DNA of 64,000 nt from Gemmatimonadaceae bacterium (GTDB taxonomy: Bacteria; Gemmatimonadota; Gemmatimonadetes; Gemmatimonadales; Gemmatimonadaceae). Location of the stretch: contig JBBDYC010000004.1 in the NCBI GenBank assembly GCA_040901985.1, positions 73,823 through 137,822 of the forward strand. The letters run 5' to 3'. The notes beneath the pieces were generated by a model. It ran no database searches and was not told the origin of the DNA. It was given only the letters and a program-made list of their open reading frames with translations. A program made the position numbers and the translations under genes. Positions 17,814-32,379 of this stretch are shown piece after piece (position 1 is the stretch's first letter; each line of letters begins with the position of its first letter).

Positions 17814-18599
17814 TCAGGGCGGGGTGACGTGCACCACGAACCGCACCGGACTACCCGGCACCAGCGCGCCGCGCGACCGCACCTCCGCCACGACGATGAA
17901 GCTGTCGGTCGGGGTCGGAAGGACGTTGGCGTAGATGCGCAGGCGCCGGGTTGATGCGCCGTCGGCCTTCGTCGTGTCGAGGAGCATATGCCGCGCGCCG
18001 CTCGGGGGCCAGAGTGCGACGAGGGTCGTGTCAGTCGGGGCCAGGGTATCACCGGCGTGGACGATCCGCCAGCGTACCAGCCATCCCTTGACGTTGGCGC
18101 TGACGCCGTCGGTGGTGTCGTCGCTGCGGAGGATCGGCTGCAGGTTGGGGGAGACGTTTCCCGCGGCGTCTGGCAGTGCGTAGGTGTAGTTCAGGGTCGT
18201 CGAGGCCGGTGCGATCAACGAGTCGGGCTCCCGCGTGACGTCAATCGTGCGGATTGGCGACTGGAGCCCGGCAATCGTGGCAATCAGGCGCACCGGGCCG
18301 TCGCGGCGCGTGGCGATGACGTATCCGTCGGGGCTGACTGTCACACCGGTGTCGAGCGTGAGGTACTCGATCGTCGCGCCGGCGATTACGTCGCCGCTGC
18401 CGTTGTAGGCGATCGCCGTGAGCGGGGTCGCGACGCCGGCGGCGTTGCGCAGCGTGTCGCCGCTCACGACCGCGGGGAACGCGATCCCGTGAAAGTCGAG
18501 CGCCGCGACGACCCCTGGCCCCGCCACCTCGGAGCACGCAAATGCCGCCGCCGCCGCGAGCGCCAGCGGCGCCGCCAGTCGTCTGACCGGGACGGTCAT
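17814..18599 (-). CDS. Hypothetical lipoprotein (beta-rich, Ig-like)
   Basis: VRR + Ala-rich helix + AFAC lipobox; ATG 18599 overlaps parA-like stop. Confidence 0.75.
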   Translation of the reverse strand: MTVPVRRLAAPLALAAAAAFACSEVAGPGVVAALDFHGIAFPAVVSGDTLRNAAGVATPLTAIAYNGSGDVIAGATIEYLTLDTGVTVSPDGYVIATRRDGPVRLIATIAGLQSPIRTIDVTREPDSLIAPASTTLNYTYALPDAAGNVSPNLQPILRSDDTTDGVSANVKGWLVRWRIVHAGDTLAPTDTTLVALWPPSGARHMLLDTTKADGASTRRLRIYANVLPTPTDSFIVVAEVRSRGALVPGSPVRFVVHVTPP

Positions 18600-19366
18600 A
18601 GACCGGCGCGTTCCGCGAGCTTGGTGGCCAGGTTCACGTAGGCCTGCGACGCCGCGTCGGCGGGTGAGCGCACCACCGCCGGCTGGCCGGCGGCGAACGC
18701 CTCGGCGATCGCCGCCGTCCGCGGGACCACGATGTCGAGCATCAGGTGCGCCGGCACCTTCTCGCGGATGTAGCGGACCGTCGTCTCGCACGCGGCGTTC
18801 CCCGCCTCGTACATCGTGAGGAGGATGCCATCGAACACGAGGCGCGGGTGCGTGGCCACGATGTCCTGTACCCCGCGGAGGATCTGCGGGGTGGTCTGCA
18901 GGGCGAGCGGCTCCGCCTGCAGCGGGATCAGCACGCGGTCCGCCGAGGCGAGTGTGCGCCGCGTGGCGGGCCCAAGGCCGGGCGGCGTATCCACCACCAC
19001 GATGTCGCAGCGCTCGCTCGCCGCCGCCAGCATCCGCGGCAACAGGTCGGACGACGCGATCTGCTCCTGGTACGCGGTGTGATCCACCGCGTCGGTCACG
19101 CTGCCGGCGAGCATCACGCGGAGCCAGGGCAACGTGGTCGGGAGGAGGACCTCGCGGAGCGACCGTTCGCCGGCGAGATAGTCGGCGAATCCGTAGGTCG
19201 GATGGCCGGGCCGGAGGCCGGCGCCGAAGCGCACCGATCCCTGCGGGTCCACGTCCACCAGCAGCGTCCGTCGGCCACGCCGGGCAAAGGCAGCGGCAAG
19301 GTTCACCGCGGTGGCCGTCTTGCCCACGCCGCCTTTCTGACTCACGATCGCGAGGATGATGCCCAC
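18596..19366 (-). CDS. ParA/Soj-family ATPase (orphan)
   Basis: Deviant Walker A KGGVGKT, VDVDPQG, VDTPPG, GILLTMY. Confidence 0.92.
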   Translation of the reverse strand: MGIILAIVSQKGGVGKTATAVNLAAAFARRGRRTLLVDVDPQGSVRFGAGLRPGHPTYGFADYLAGERSLREVLLPTTLPWLRVMLAGSVTDAVDHTAYQEQIASSDLLPRMLAAASERCDIVVVDTPPGLGPATRRTLASADRVLIPLQAEPLALQTTPQILRGVQDIVATHPRLVFDGILLTMYEAGNAACETTVRYIREKVPAHLMLDIVVPRTAAIAEAFAAGQPAVVRSPADAASQAYVNLATKLAERAGL

Positions 19367-19367
19367 G

Positions 19368-19820
19368 TCAGCTGCCGGGTGAAGGAAGCGTGCTGTCGTT
19401 CGCGCGCAGTTGGTCGAGGGTGGCCTGTGCGTGCGCGATCCAGCGCTCCGCGTCGGGGCCGTCGGGCGGATGCGCGAGGAAGGCGCGCAGGTGCTTCATC
19501 GCAAAGGCGGGGTCGCCGCGCTTGATCAACAGGAAGGCAATCCCATAATGGGCGCCGGCGAGCGTCGGCTCGATCTCCAGCGCCTTGCGGTAGGCCCGGA
19601 CCGCCTCTTCGACCCGCCCGATCCGGGAGAGCGCGATCGCGAGGTTTTGCAGCACCTTGAGGTCGTCGGGCCGCTCCCGCAGGGCCAGCCGGTACGACGT
19701 CACCGCCGCGTCGAAATCGCCCTGACGCTCCAGCACCAGCGCCTCGTTCATGTAGTCGAGGCGCTGCTGGTGCTGCGCTGACTCGGAACGGCCGCCGAAG
19801 AGGCGGTCCCAGAATGACAT
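19368..19820 (-). CDS. TPR protein with N-terminal amphipathic helix
   Basis: ATG 19820 MSFWDRLFGG; three TPR repeats (EEAVRAYRKALEIEP, AHYGIA). Confidence 0.88.
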   Translation of the reverse strand: MSFWDRLFGGRSESAQHQQRLDYMNEALVLERQGDFDAAVTSYRLALRERPDDLKVLQNLAIALSRIGRVEEAVRAYRKALEIEPTLAGAHYGIAFLLIKRGDPAFAMKHLRAFLAHPPDGPDAERWIAHAQATLDQLRANDSTLPSPGS

Positions 19821-19941
19821 AGGCTCGGGCTGGGCGGGTGTCTGGCACAAGCTATTGATGGGTGAAAGGGCCAGCAACCACGGATGCGCCGCGCTGTTGC
19901 CGGGCGTTAGCTTCCGACGGTACCTCTGCTCAGGAGTCCCG

Positions 19942-20472
19942 ATGCCGGTGCGCCGCCCCGTCCCTTCCGCCGTGAGGGAGACCCTGGTCGTCGAGTGGCC
20001 CCTCTTCGGGGAGCTGTCCCGGGCGCTCGCCCTCAAGGTTTCGCGACACTTCGACCCCGAGATCGTCATCGGCGTCGCCACGGCCGGCGTCGTGCCCGGC
20101 GCGGTCGTTGCGGCGATGCTCGACCGTCCCTTCCATTCGATCATCGTCAGCCGCCGCTACCGTGCCGAAACGGTGCGCGACACGCCGGTGGTCATGTCCG
20201 CCGCGCCGACGGAGGTGCACGGGCGGCGGGTGCTGGTCGTGGACGAGACCTGCAATGCCGGCGACACGATGCGTCTGGCGGTGGCGGCAATCATCAATGC
20301 CGGCGCCAGCGAGGTGCGGACCGCCGTGGGCTTCCGAACCGGGCCGTACCAGCCGGACTTCCACGCGCTCGAGACCGAGGCGACAATCGTGCTGCCGTGG
20401 GATCGTGAGCAGATCATTGACGGGGAACTGCACGCCAATCCGAAGTACCGCGGCCTGCCTCTCGAGCCGTGA
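19942..20472 (+). CDS. Type I phosphoribosyltransferase
   Basis: PRPP-binding loop VLVVDETCNAGDT, IVLPWD; AGGAG RBS before ATG 19942. Confidence 0.88.
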   Translation: MPVRRPVPSAVRETLVVEWPLFGELSRALALKVSRHFDPEIVIGVATAGVVPGAVVAAMLDRPFHSIIVSRRYRAETVRDTPVVMSAAPTEVHGRRVLVVDETCNAGDTMRLAVAAIINAGASEVRTAVGFRTGPYQPDFHALETEATIVLPWDREQIIDGELHANPKYRGLPLEP

Positions 20473-21254
20473 GGCTTCCGGGCTGGGTCCGTCGCCTGAC
20501 CGATCCGCTTACCGAGCGGATTCCGGTTCCCGTCGTCTCGGGCGTGAATGCGGGACGGTGGTGGGGGTTGGCCAGCGCAGGGAGCGGCTACGCGTCCGGC
20601 TGTCGCGCCGCCGAGCAGATGATGGTCCTCCGGGCGCTGCTCCGGGATGGCGACACCGTCTGGGACGTGGGCGCGCACCACGGGTACGTGACGCTGCTGG
20701 CGTGCCGGTGCGTCGGTCCGTCGGGGGCGGTGCACGCCTTCGAGCCGTCGACGGCAAACGGACGCATCCTGCGCCGGCATCTCCTCTGGAATGGGTGTCG
20801 GAACGCCTTCGTCCACGCCGTCGCGCTCGGCGATGCCGATGGGGAGGCCCGGTTCGGCGGCGGTCCGACGTCAAAGATGCACGCGCTCGGCCAAGGCGAG
20901 GAGCGGGTGAGCGTCCGGTGCGGCGCGGCGATGGTATCGGACGGGGCCTGTGCGGCGCCGACGTTCCTCAAGGTGGACGTGGAGGGGGCGGAGGGCGCGT
21001 TCCTAGAAGGGTGTGGGTCAATGCTCGCGCCGGGAACGCGGGCAGTGATCGCGATTCACTCGGCCGAGGCAGACCGGCGGTGCTCGGCGTGGCTCGACGC
21101 GCACGGGTTCGTGCAGATGCCGTCGCGCGCGCTCGTCGCGGCGCGCGTGGGGCCGTGGCACGCCGATCCCGACGTCTACGTGGTGGGGCCCGGCGGGGAC
21201 GCCGACGGCGCGATGCGTCGGACGCTCGTGCGCCTCGGCGCGATTGACGCCTAG
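20469..21254 (+). CDS. FkbM-family SAM methyltransferase
   Basis: WDVGAHHG, VHAFEP, FLKVDVEGAE. Confidence 0.85.
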   Translation: MRLPGWVRRLTDPLTERIPVPVVSGVNAGRWWGLASAGSGYASGCRAAEQMMVLRALLRDGDTVWDVGAHHGYVTLLACRCVGPSGAVHAFEPSTANGRILRRHLLWNGCRNAFVHAVALGDADGEARFGGGPTSKMHALGQGEERVSVRCGAAMVSDGACAAPTFLKVDVEGAEGAFLEGCGSMLAPGTRAVIAIHSAEADRRCSAWLDAHGFVQMPSRALVAARVGPWHADPDVYVVGPGGDADGAMRRTLVRLGAIDA

Positions 21255-21808
21255 GCGACTTCCTTCAGCGCGTCCGCGTAGCCCACGCCGTCGGTGAGTC
21301 GCCGGTACACGTGGGCAATCACGTCGGGACTCGCCAGCAGGAAGCGGCAGCGCGCCGCGCCGGCGGACCGGCACTCGACCTCCAGGCACCCGATCTGGCC
21401 GCTGGCCACGCGGCCAAAGACGTCGCCAAGCATCCCCGCCGTGTAGTAGCACGACGGGTAGGCCATTGCCGCCGCCGGGTCCGCCTCTGCCCAGTCGGGA
21501 CTGTCGAACGCCACCGCCGCGTCGCCAAGCGGTTCCAGCGTGACCGTGCCCCACCCGGTGTCGGCAAAAAAGCGAGCCGCGGCCTGCTGGAAGGCCGCAT
21601 AGTCCAGCGACTCGGGGGCGCCAAGGCCGTTCGCCCCGCACCACGCCTGCAAGGCGGCGAAGACCGCGCCGCCGCCCGCGGTGCCGGCTTCCTGCAACAC
21701 CGTGGCGTAGGCGTTGCCGAGGTCGCGCACGAGCGAGGCGCGCAAGGTGGTGAGCGAGGCGCGCGGGACCGCGGAGAGCGCCGAGGCGCCGAGGGAGAAC
21801 GGGGTCAT
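21251..21808 (-). CDS. Stand-alone V4R (4-vinyl reductase-like) domain protein
   Basis: TGWG, PSCYYTAGML, EVECRSAGAARCRF V4R pattern. Confidence 0.82.
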   Translation of the reverse strand: MTPFSLGASALSAVPRASLTTLRASLVRDLGNAYATVLQEAGTAGGGAVFAALQAWCGANGLGAPESLDYAAFQQAAARFFADTGWGTVTLEPLGDAAVAFDSPDWAEADPAAAMAYPSCYYTAGMLGDVFGRVASGQIGCLEVECRSAGAARCRFLLASPDVIAHVYRRLTDGVGYADALKEVA

Positions 21809-21826
21809 CGTTGGGTCAAAGAACGT

Positions 21827-24414
<2,588 letters not shown>

Positions 24415-24497
24415 ATTGGACTCCCGGTCGGGCGGGGGGTTTATTACGGCGTGGCGCGAACTCCCTCTAACGTTGCCAGCGTGCCCGGGGCGGGTCA

Positions 24498-25844
24498 ATG
24501 ACGGTCGTCGAACTGATCGAGCGAAAACGCGAGGGCGGCCGCCTGACCGCCGCCGAGTGGCGCCGGCTGATGACCGGCTACGCCGCCGGCGACGTGCCGG
24601 ACTACCAGATCGCCGCCCTCGCGATGGCGGTCGTCTTCCGCGGGATGGATGACGAGGAAATCGAGGGGCTGACGACCGCCATGCTGGAGAGCGGGAGTGC
24701 GCTCGACCTCTCGCGCGTCACCCTGCCCAAGGTGGACAAGCACTCGACCGGCGGCGTCGGGGACAAGGTGTCCCTCATCCTTGCGCCACTGGTGGCGTCG
24801 TGCGGCGTGGCGGTGCCGATGATGTCGGGGCGGGGGCTCGGCCATACCGGCGGCACGCTCGACAAGCTCGAGAGCATCCCCGGCTTCCGGACGCAGCTCA
24901 CGCTCGCCGAGACCTCGGCGCAGGTGGAGCGGCTGGGGGTCGCACTGATCGGCCAGTCGCGCGAGATCGCGCCGGCGGACCGCAAATTCTACGCGTTGCG
25001 CGACGCGACCGGCACCGTCGAGGCGATCCCGCTCATCGCCGCAAGCATCATGAGCAAGAAGCTCGCCGAGGGACTGACCGGCCTCGTGCTCGACGTGAAG
25101 ACGGGCGCCGGCGCCTTCATGCCGAGGCTCGACGACGCGATCCGGCTGGCCAGGACGATGATCGCGCTCGGTGCGCGCCACGACTGCCCGACGGTCGCGC
25201 TGCTCACCGATATGGACGCGCCGCTCGGCGAGGCGTGCGGGAACGCGCTCGAGGTCGAGGAATCGGTGCACGTCCTGCGCGGCGAGGGGCCGAGCGACCT
25301 GCGCGAGCTCACGTTGGCGCTGGCGACGGAGATGCTGCTCGTCGCGCACGTGGCCACGGACCGCGCGGCGGGACGTGAGCAGGCCGAGCACGCGCTCAAC
25401 AGCGGCGCGGCGTTGGCGAAGTTCAAGGCGATCGTCCAGGCGCAGGGTGGGCATCCGGGCGTGGTGGACAATCCGGTGGCGATCCTGCCGCGTGCGCCGA
25501 TCCGGGAGCGGGTGGATGCCGCGCGGTCGGGGATCGTCGAGCGGGTGGAGCCGCGGGTGATCGGCCGGGCCATCACCACGCTCGGCGGCGGGCGCACGAA
25601 AGTGGACGACCAGATAGATCCGGCGGTCGGGATCGTGCTGAAGGTACGCCCCGGGCAGCGTGTCGAGCGAGGACAGCACGTGGCGACGATCCACGCGCGC
25701 GACGCGGAAACTCGCGCCGCCGCCGAGGACGCGCTGAAGCGCGCGATCGTGATCGGCGAGACGGCGCCGGCGCCGCGGCCGCTCATCTCCCACCGGGTGA
25801 CGGCCGGGGGGGTGGAAGAATTGGCCGGTCGCGGTGCAAGTTAG
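24498..25844 (+). CDS. Thymidine / pyrimidine-nucleoside phosphorylase
   Basis: DKHSTGGVGDK, MSGRGLGHTGGTLDKLE, SIMSKK. Confidence 0.95.
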   Translation: MTVVELIERKREGGRLTAAEWRRLMTGYAAGDVPDYQIAALAMAVVFRGMDDEEIEGLTTAMLESGSALDLSRVTLPKVDKHSTGGVGDKVSLILAPLVASCGVAVPMMSGRGLGHTGGTLDKLESIPGFRTQLTLAETSAQVERLGVALIGQSREIAPADRKFYALRDATGTVEAIPLIAASIMSKKLAEGLTGLVLDVKTGAGAFMPRLDDAIRLARTMIALGARHDCPTVALLTDMDAPLGEACGNALEVEESVHVLRGEGPSDLRELTLALATEMLLVAHVATDRAAGREQAEHALNSGAALAKFKAIVQAQGGHPGVVDNPVAILPRAPIRERVDAARSGIVERVEPRVIGRAITTLGGGRTKVDDQIDPAVGIVLKVRPGQRVERGQHVATIHARDAETRAAAEDALKRAIVIGETAPAPRPLISHRVTAGGVEELAGRGAS

Positions 25845-25847
25845 GGA

Positions 25848-26084
25848 ATGCTGAACAACATCGAGAAGCTGGCCGCCCTTGGGGCGCTGGGAGTCGCCGG
25901 CGGGTCGTTCGCCGCCTGGCTGGGATTCCTGTTCGCGATGCGCCCGGTGTCGACCGGGGGGTTCGACGCGACGTCGTTCGTTGCGCTCACGGCGGCGAGC
26001 TTCCTGGTGGTGGCGCTGATGGCCGCCGCCCACGTCTGGTTCGGGATCCAGCTGCGCCGCGGACCGGATTCGATCCGCGGGTGA
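25848..26084 (+). CDS. Small two-TM membrane protein
   Basis: 78 aa with two hydrophobic helices, GC3-biased, fills gap between convergent genes. Confidence 0.65.
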   Translation: MLNNIEKLAALGALGVAGGSFAAWLGFLFAMRPVSTGGFDATSFVALTAASFLVVALMAAAHVWFGIQLRRGPDSIRG

Positions 26085-26087
26085 CGC

Positions 26088-28112
<2,025 letters not shown>

Positions 28113-28164
28113 TCAGAGGGAAAGCAACGATTTTGCGGGCCGTGCGCGCGTCGTCCACGCGCGG

Positions 28165-28485
28165 TCAGCGCAGCAGTTCCCAGCGAATCCGGCGTACCGG
28201 CGCGTGCGTCGCGCCGGCGTTGACCTTGGCGACGAGCGAGCGCTCCATCAGCGAGAGTTCGGCCATCCAGCCGTGCGTCTTCACGCCGACGACGAGCGTC
28301 CCGTCCTCGCTCACCAACCGCGGCAGCGTCACGCCGGCGATCTGCGGGCCGACGATCGCCGGCCAGGCCTCGATCACCCAGGCGCGCGCCACATCGTCAT
28401 CGAGGCCGCGCTCGGTGAGGAGCTCGGCGAGCGCGGGGGCGATCGGTCGCGGACGGTCGGCGCCCGAGCGACGCTCGCGGCTCAC
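28165..28485 (-). CDS. DUF721 (DciA-like) protein
   Basis: WPAIVGPQIA...LVVGV...WMAEL pattern; recF-DUF721-gyrB synteny; GTG 28485. Confidence 0.82.
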   Translation of the reverse strand: MSRERRSGADRPRPIAPALAELLTERGLDDDVARAWVIEAWPAIVGPQIAGVTLPRLVSEDGTLVVGVKTHGWMAELSLMERSLVAKVNAGATHAPVRRIRWELLR

Positions 28486-29633
28486 GGCGAGAACACTCCG
28501 TCCCGCACGGTCCAGCGCTCGAGCCGCGTGAACTGCGCCGGGATCTCGTCCGCGCGGGGCACGCCGAGCACGCACTGGCCCACGCCCTCGGCCTCGAGGA
28601 GCGCGAGAATCCGTTGGGTGCGCCGGCGGTCGAGCTCGGCGAACGGATCGTCGAGCAGCAGGAGCGGGATGATCCCGGTCGCCTCGCGATGGGTCGCCGC
28701 CTCGAGCATCCGCAGCACGATTGCCGCCGTGCGCTGCTGCCCCGCCGACCCGACCAGGCGGAGGTCGTGGCCGTCGAGGAGCAGGACGAGGTCGTCGCGG
28801 TGCGGGCCGGCCTGCGTCAACCCGCGGCGCAGGTCGAGCTCGCGCTGGCGCTCGAACTGCGCGGCGAGCGCGGCCCGCGGGTCGGCGTCCTCGACCGCGC
28901 TTCCGATGTAGCGCAGCTCGGCGGCGGCCGGTTCGCCGATCGCCGCTGAGCGCTCGGCGAACGCCGCCCGGTGCTCCCCGACCCACGTACGACGTCCTTC
29001 GACGAGCGCTGCGCCGTGCTCGGCGAGCGCCGGCTCCCACGCGGCCACGGCGGCGAGGTCGGTGCGCGCGCCGCCGGCACGCCGCTGCGCCGCGCGGAGC
29101 GCCGCATTGCGCCGCGCGAGCGCCGCGCGGTAGCGCCGCAACGCGTGCAGGTACGGCGCCGACGTCAGCGCGAGCGTGATGTCGAGGTACCGGCGCCGCT
29201 CGGACGGCGCGCCGGCGATCAACTCGACGTCGCGCGGCGAGAACGACACCGAGGGCAGCGCATCGAGCGCGTCGGTGAGCCGTTCCGGCTCGGCGCCGTC
29301 GAGCGTGACCTTCTTTCGGCCGGCGCGGTCCACCGCCGCGCTCACACGGTGCGCCGGCACTCCGCCAAGCGACGCCGCGACGTGGAACGCCGGCGCGTCG
29401 AACCGGATGAGGTCGCGGTCCCGCGCACCCCGGATGGACCGCAGCAATCGCAGGTACGCAATGGCCTCGGCAAGGTTGGTCTTGCCCTGGCCATTGTCGC
29501 CGACGATCGCGATCCCCTCGGCCGGGAGCGCGAGGTCGGCCTGTCGGAGGTTGCGGAAATCCCGGACAGTGAGCGCGTCGAGGCGCGCCGCCACCGCCGC
29601 CCGCGCGCCCGGCGCCACGGCCGCGTGCGCCAC
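28482..29633 (-). CDS. recF: DNA replication and repair protein RecF (start approximate)
   Basis: DFRNL, GDNGQGKTN, GPHRDDL, SAGQQR, LLLDDPFAELD. Confidence 0.95.
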   Translation of the reverse strand: MAHAAVAPGARAAVAARLDALTVRDFRNLRQADLALPAEGIAIVGDNGQGKTNLAEAIAYLRLLRSIRGARDRDLIRFDAPAFHVAASLGGVPAHRVSAAVDRAGRKKVTLDGAEPERLTDALDALPSVSFSPRDVELIAGAPSERRRYLDITLALTSAPYLHALRRYRAALARRNAALRAAQRRAGGARTDLAAVAAWEPALAEHGAALVEGRRTWVGEHRAAFAERSAAIGEPAAAELRYIGSAVEDADPRAALAAQFERQRELDLRRGLTQAGPHRDDLVLLLDGHDLRLVGSAGQQRTAAIVLRMLEAATHREATGIIPLLLLDDPFAELDRRRTQRILALLEAEGVGQCVLGVPRADEIPAQFTRLERWTVRDGVFSP

Positions 29634-29634
29634 G

Positions 29635-30426
29635 TCAGGCTCCGCGAAACGTCGGTGCGCGCTTCTCGAGGAAGGCGGTCGTCCCCTCGCGCATGTCGGC
29701 GGAGCGCCCGACCGCCCCAAAGTGCCTTGCCTCGAGCGCGAGCGCGTCCGTGAGGGCGAGGTCGGCGCCGCCGGTCATCGTCGCAATCGCCGCCGCGAGG
29801 GCGAGCGGGCCGTTCTGCGTCATCTCCTTGGCCAGGCTGCGCGTCACGTCGAGCAGCACCTCCGCGGGATAGACCGCGTTCGCCAGTCCCATCGCCAGCG
29901 CCGCGTCGGCGTCCACCATCGCCCCGGTGAGGATCATCTGCATCGCCCGCCCGAGCCCGACGAGCCGTGGCAGGCGCTGCGTGCCGCCATAGCCGGGAAT
30001 CAGGCCGAGCTTCACCTCCGGGAGCCCGAATTTGGCGGTCGAGCTGGCGATCCTGAGGTGGCAGGCCAGTGCGAGTTCACAGCCGCCGCCGAGCGCGAAG
30101 CCGTTGACCGCCGCGATGACCGGCTTCGGCGAACGCTCGATGCGTGTGAAGACCTCCTGGCCGAACATCGCGGTCGCCTCGAGGCCCGCCGGCGTCTCGG
30201 CGGCTGCCGAGACCTCGGCAATGTCGGCGCCGGCCACGAAGGCCCGGCCGGCGCCGGTGAGGATGATCGCGCCCACCTGCTCGCGCCCGGCCAGCTCGCT
30301 GAACATCCGATCGAGTTCGCCGATCACCCTCGCATTGAGCGCGTTGAGCTTGTCGGGCCGGTTGATCGTGACCGTCGCGACGCGGTCGGAGATCTCGAGG
30401 AGGAGGAACTCGAATGGGGCGGTCAT
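29635..30426 (-). CDS. Enoyl-CoA hydratase (crotonase family)
   Basis: FVAGADI, GFALGGGCELALACH, PEVKLGLIPGYGGTQRL. Confidence 0.95.
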   Translation of the reverse strand: MTAPFEFLLLEISDRVATVTINRPDKLNALNARVIGELDRMFSELAGREQVGAIILTGAGRAFVAGADIAEVSAAAETPAGLEATAMFGQEVFTRIERSPKPVIAAVNGFALGGGCELALACHLRIASSTAKFGLPEVKLGLIPGYGGTQRLPRLVGLGRAMQMILTGAMVDADAALAMGLANAVYPAEVLLDVTRSLAKEMTQNGPLALAAAIATMTGGADLALTDALALEARHFGAVGRSADMREGTTAFLEKRAPTFRGA

Positions 30427-30538
30427 CGGGGCTCGGCGGTTGGCGTGGCGCCTGCAATCTAGCGCCTTGCCGGCGTCGGGATCGACCGCGGCGTGGCGCG
30501 CGCTCGACGCCGCCGAGCCCGCTTCGTAGTTTCCGGCT

Positions 30539-32026
30539 ATGCGTCACGTCCTCGCCCTCGACGAAGGCACCACCGGTACCACGGCGCTCATCCTCGCCGC
30601 CGACGGGCGGGTCGTGGGCCGCGGCTATCGCGAGATCGCACAGCACTTTCCCCAGCCGGGATGGGTGGAACACGACGCCGACGAGATCTTTGTCCGGACG
30701 ATCGAGGCGACGCGAGACGCGCTCGCCGAGGCCAAGGTCGTGCCCGATGCGATCGGCATCACGAACCAGCGCGAGACGGTGTTGCTCTGGGATCGCGCGA
30801 CCGGGAGGCCGCTGAGCAAGGCAATCGTCTGGCAGGACCGGCGGACGACGGCGCGCTGTGAGGCGCTGCGCGATGCCGGCGAGGACGCGGCGATCCGCGC
30901 GACGACCGGGTTGGTCATCGACCCTTATTTCACTGCGACCAAGCTGGAATGGCTGCTCAAGCATCACGCCGCCGAGCTGCGCGGAGGTGCCGGAAAGTTC
31001 GCCGCCGGCACGATTGACAGCTGGCTGATCTGGAAGCTCACGAATGGTGCCGTCCACGCGACCGACCCGACGAACGCGTCGCGGACAATGCTCTTTGACA
31101 TCAACGAGCGGCGGTGGAGCGAGCGGCTCTGCGCGCTCTTCGGCGTTCCGATGGAGCTGTTGCCGGAGGTGCGCGCCTCGTCGGGCGACTTCGGCGTGAC
31201 AGCGAAGGAGCACCTTGGGGTGGCCATCCCGATCCGCGGCGTGGCGGGCGACCAGCAGGCCGCGCTCTTCGGACAGGGGTGCTGGGAGAGCGGGCAGAGC
31301 AAGAACACCTACGGCACCGGCGCCTTCCTGCTGCTCAACACGGGAACGGAGCGGCCGGCAGGCGGGAAGGGAATCCTGACGACGCTGGCCAGCGATGCAA
31401 CCGGGCAGAGTGTCTATGCGCTCGAGGCGAGCATCTTCATTGCCGGGGCGGCGGTGCAGTGGCTGCGCGACGGACTCGGCCTGGTGGCCAGCGCCGCCGA
31501 GACGGAGGAGATGGCGCGCGCGCTGGAGTCGAACGAGGGGGTCTATTTCGTGCCCGCGCTGACCGGCCTCGGGGCGCCGCACTGGGAACCAGAGGCGCGG
31601 GGCACGATCGTCGGGCTCACGCGCGGGACGACGGGTGCGCACGTCGTCCGTGCGGCGCTCGAGGCGATGGCGTACGGCACTGCCGACGTGCTCACCGCGA
31701 TGCGCGAGGCGAGCGGTGCGGCGCTCGACGTGCTGCGCGTGGATGGCGGCGCCGCGCAGAACGATTGGTTGATGCAGTTCCAGGCCGACGTGCTCGGCGT
31801 CCCGGTGGAGCGACCCGACCTGGTCGAGACGACCGCCCTCGGCGCGGCGGGACTCGCAGGAATCGCCGCCGACGTCTGGCCGAACGCGGCGGCGTTCACG
31901 GCCTCGCGGACCTTCGAACGCTTCGCGCCGGCGTCGGCGCCGAATGTCGCGCGCGCCGGATTGCGCGGCTGGCAACGTGCGGTGCGCACCGCCGTGCATT
32001 GGGCGCGAGACGGGGAAGCGGAATGA
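30539..32026 (+). CDS. glpK: Glycerol kinase
   Basis: LDEGTTG, GITNQRET, WQDRR, GDQQAALFGQ, KNTYGTG. Confidence 0.96.
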   Translation: MRHVLALDEGTTGTTALILAADGRVVGRGYREIAQHFPQPGWVEHDADEIFVRTIEATRDALAEAKVVPDAIGITNQRETVLLWDRATGRPLSKAIVWQDRRTTARCEALRDAGEDAAIRATTGLVIDPYFTATKLEWLLKHHAAELRGGAGKFAAGTIDSWLIWKLTNGAVHATDPTNASRTMLFDINERRWSERLCALFGVPMELLPEVRASSGDFGVTAKEHLGVAIPIRGVAGDQQAALFGQGCWESGQSKNTYGTGAFLLLNTGTERPAGGKGILTTLASDATGQSVYALEASIFIAGAAVQWLRDGLGLVASAAETEEMARALESNEGVYFVPALTGLGAPHWEPEARGTIVGLTRGTTGAHVVRAALEAMAYGTADVLTAMREASGAALDVLRVDGGAAQNDWLMQFQADVLGVPVERPDLVETTALGAAGLAGIAADVWPNAAAFTASRTFERFAPASAPNVARAGLRGWQRAVRTAVHWARDGEAE

Positions 32027-32355
32027 AGTTCGCGTTCGTCTTCGTCCTCGGGTCGTTCACGCTCGGCGGTCCGCCCGAACGCGCGGACGCGCGCGACGAA
32101 TGGCTGGCGCGCGACAAGGTGAAGCACTTTGTCGTCTCCGCCGTGATCCAGGGCGTCGGCCACAGCGTGTTGCGGGCCAACGGGTCCGAGTACCGCGAGG
32201 CCGCGTGGACGGCGGGGGCGATCACGCTCGGCGCGGGCGTGGGAAAGGAGCTCTGGGACCGCAGCCGCGGGCGTCCCTTCTCGTGGAGAGACCTCGGAGC
32301 CGACGCAGTGGGTGGAGGGACCGGCGCGGTCGTAATCCGTCAGGTCGCGCCGTGA
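32023..32355 (+). CDS. Hypothetical protein (YfiM/DUF2279-like)
   Basis: DKVKHF...GKELWD...FSWRDL motifs; ATGA overlap with glpK. Confidence 0.75.
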   Translation: MKFAFVFVLGSFTLGGPPERADARDEWLARDKVKHFVVSAVIQGVGHSVLRANGSEYREAAWTAGAITLGAGVGKELWDRSRGRPFSWRDLGADAVGGGTGAVVIRQVAP

Positions 32356-32379
32356 GCGTGGATCGCAACCACTGATGCC

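Noticed and set aside
28486..29040. N-terminal extension of the DUF721 ORF
   Set aside because: Off-frame overlap with recF; Arg/Pro-rich shadow sequence
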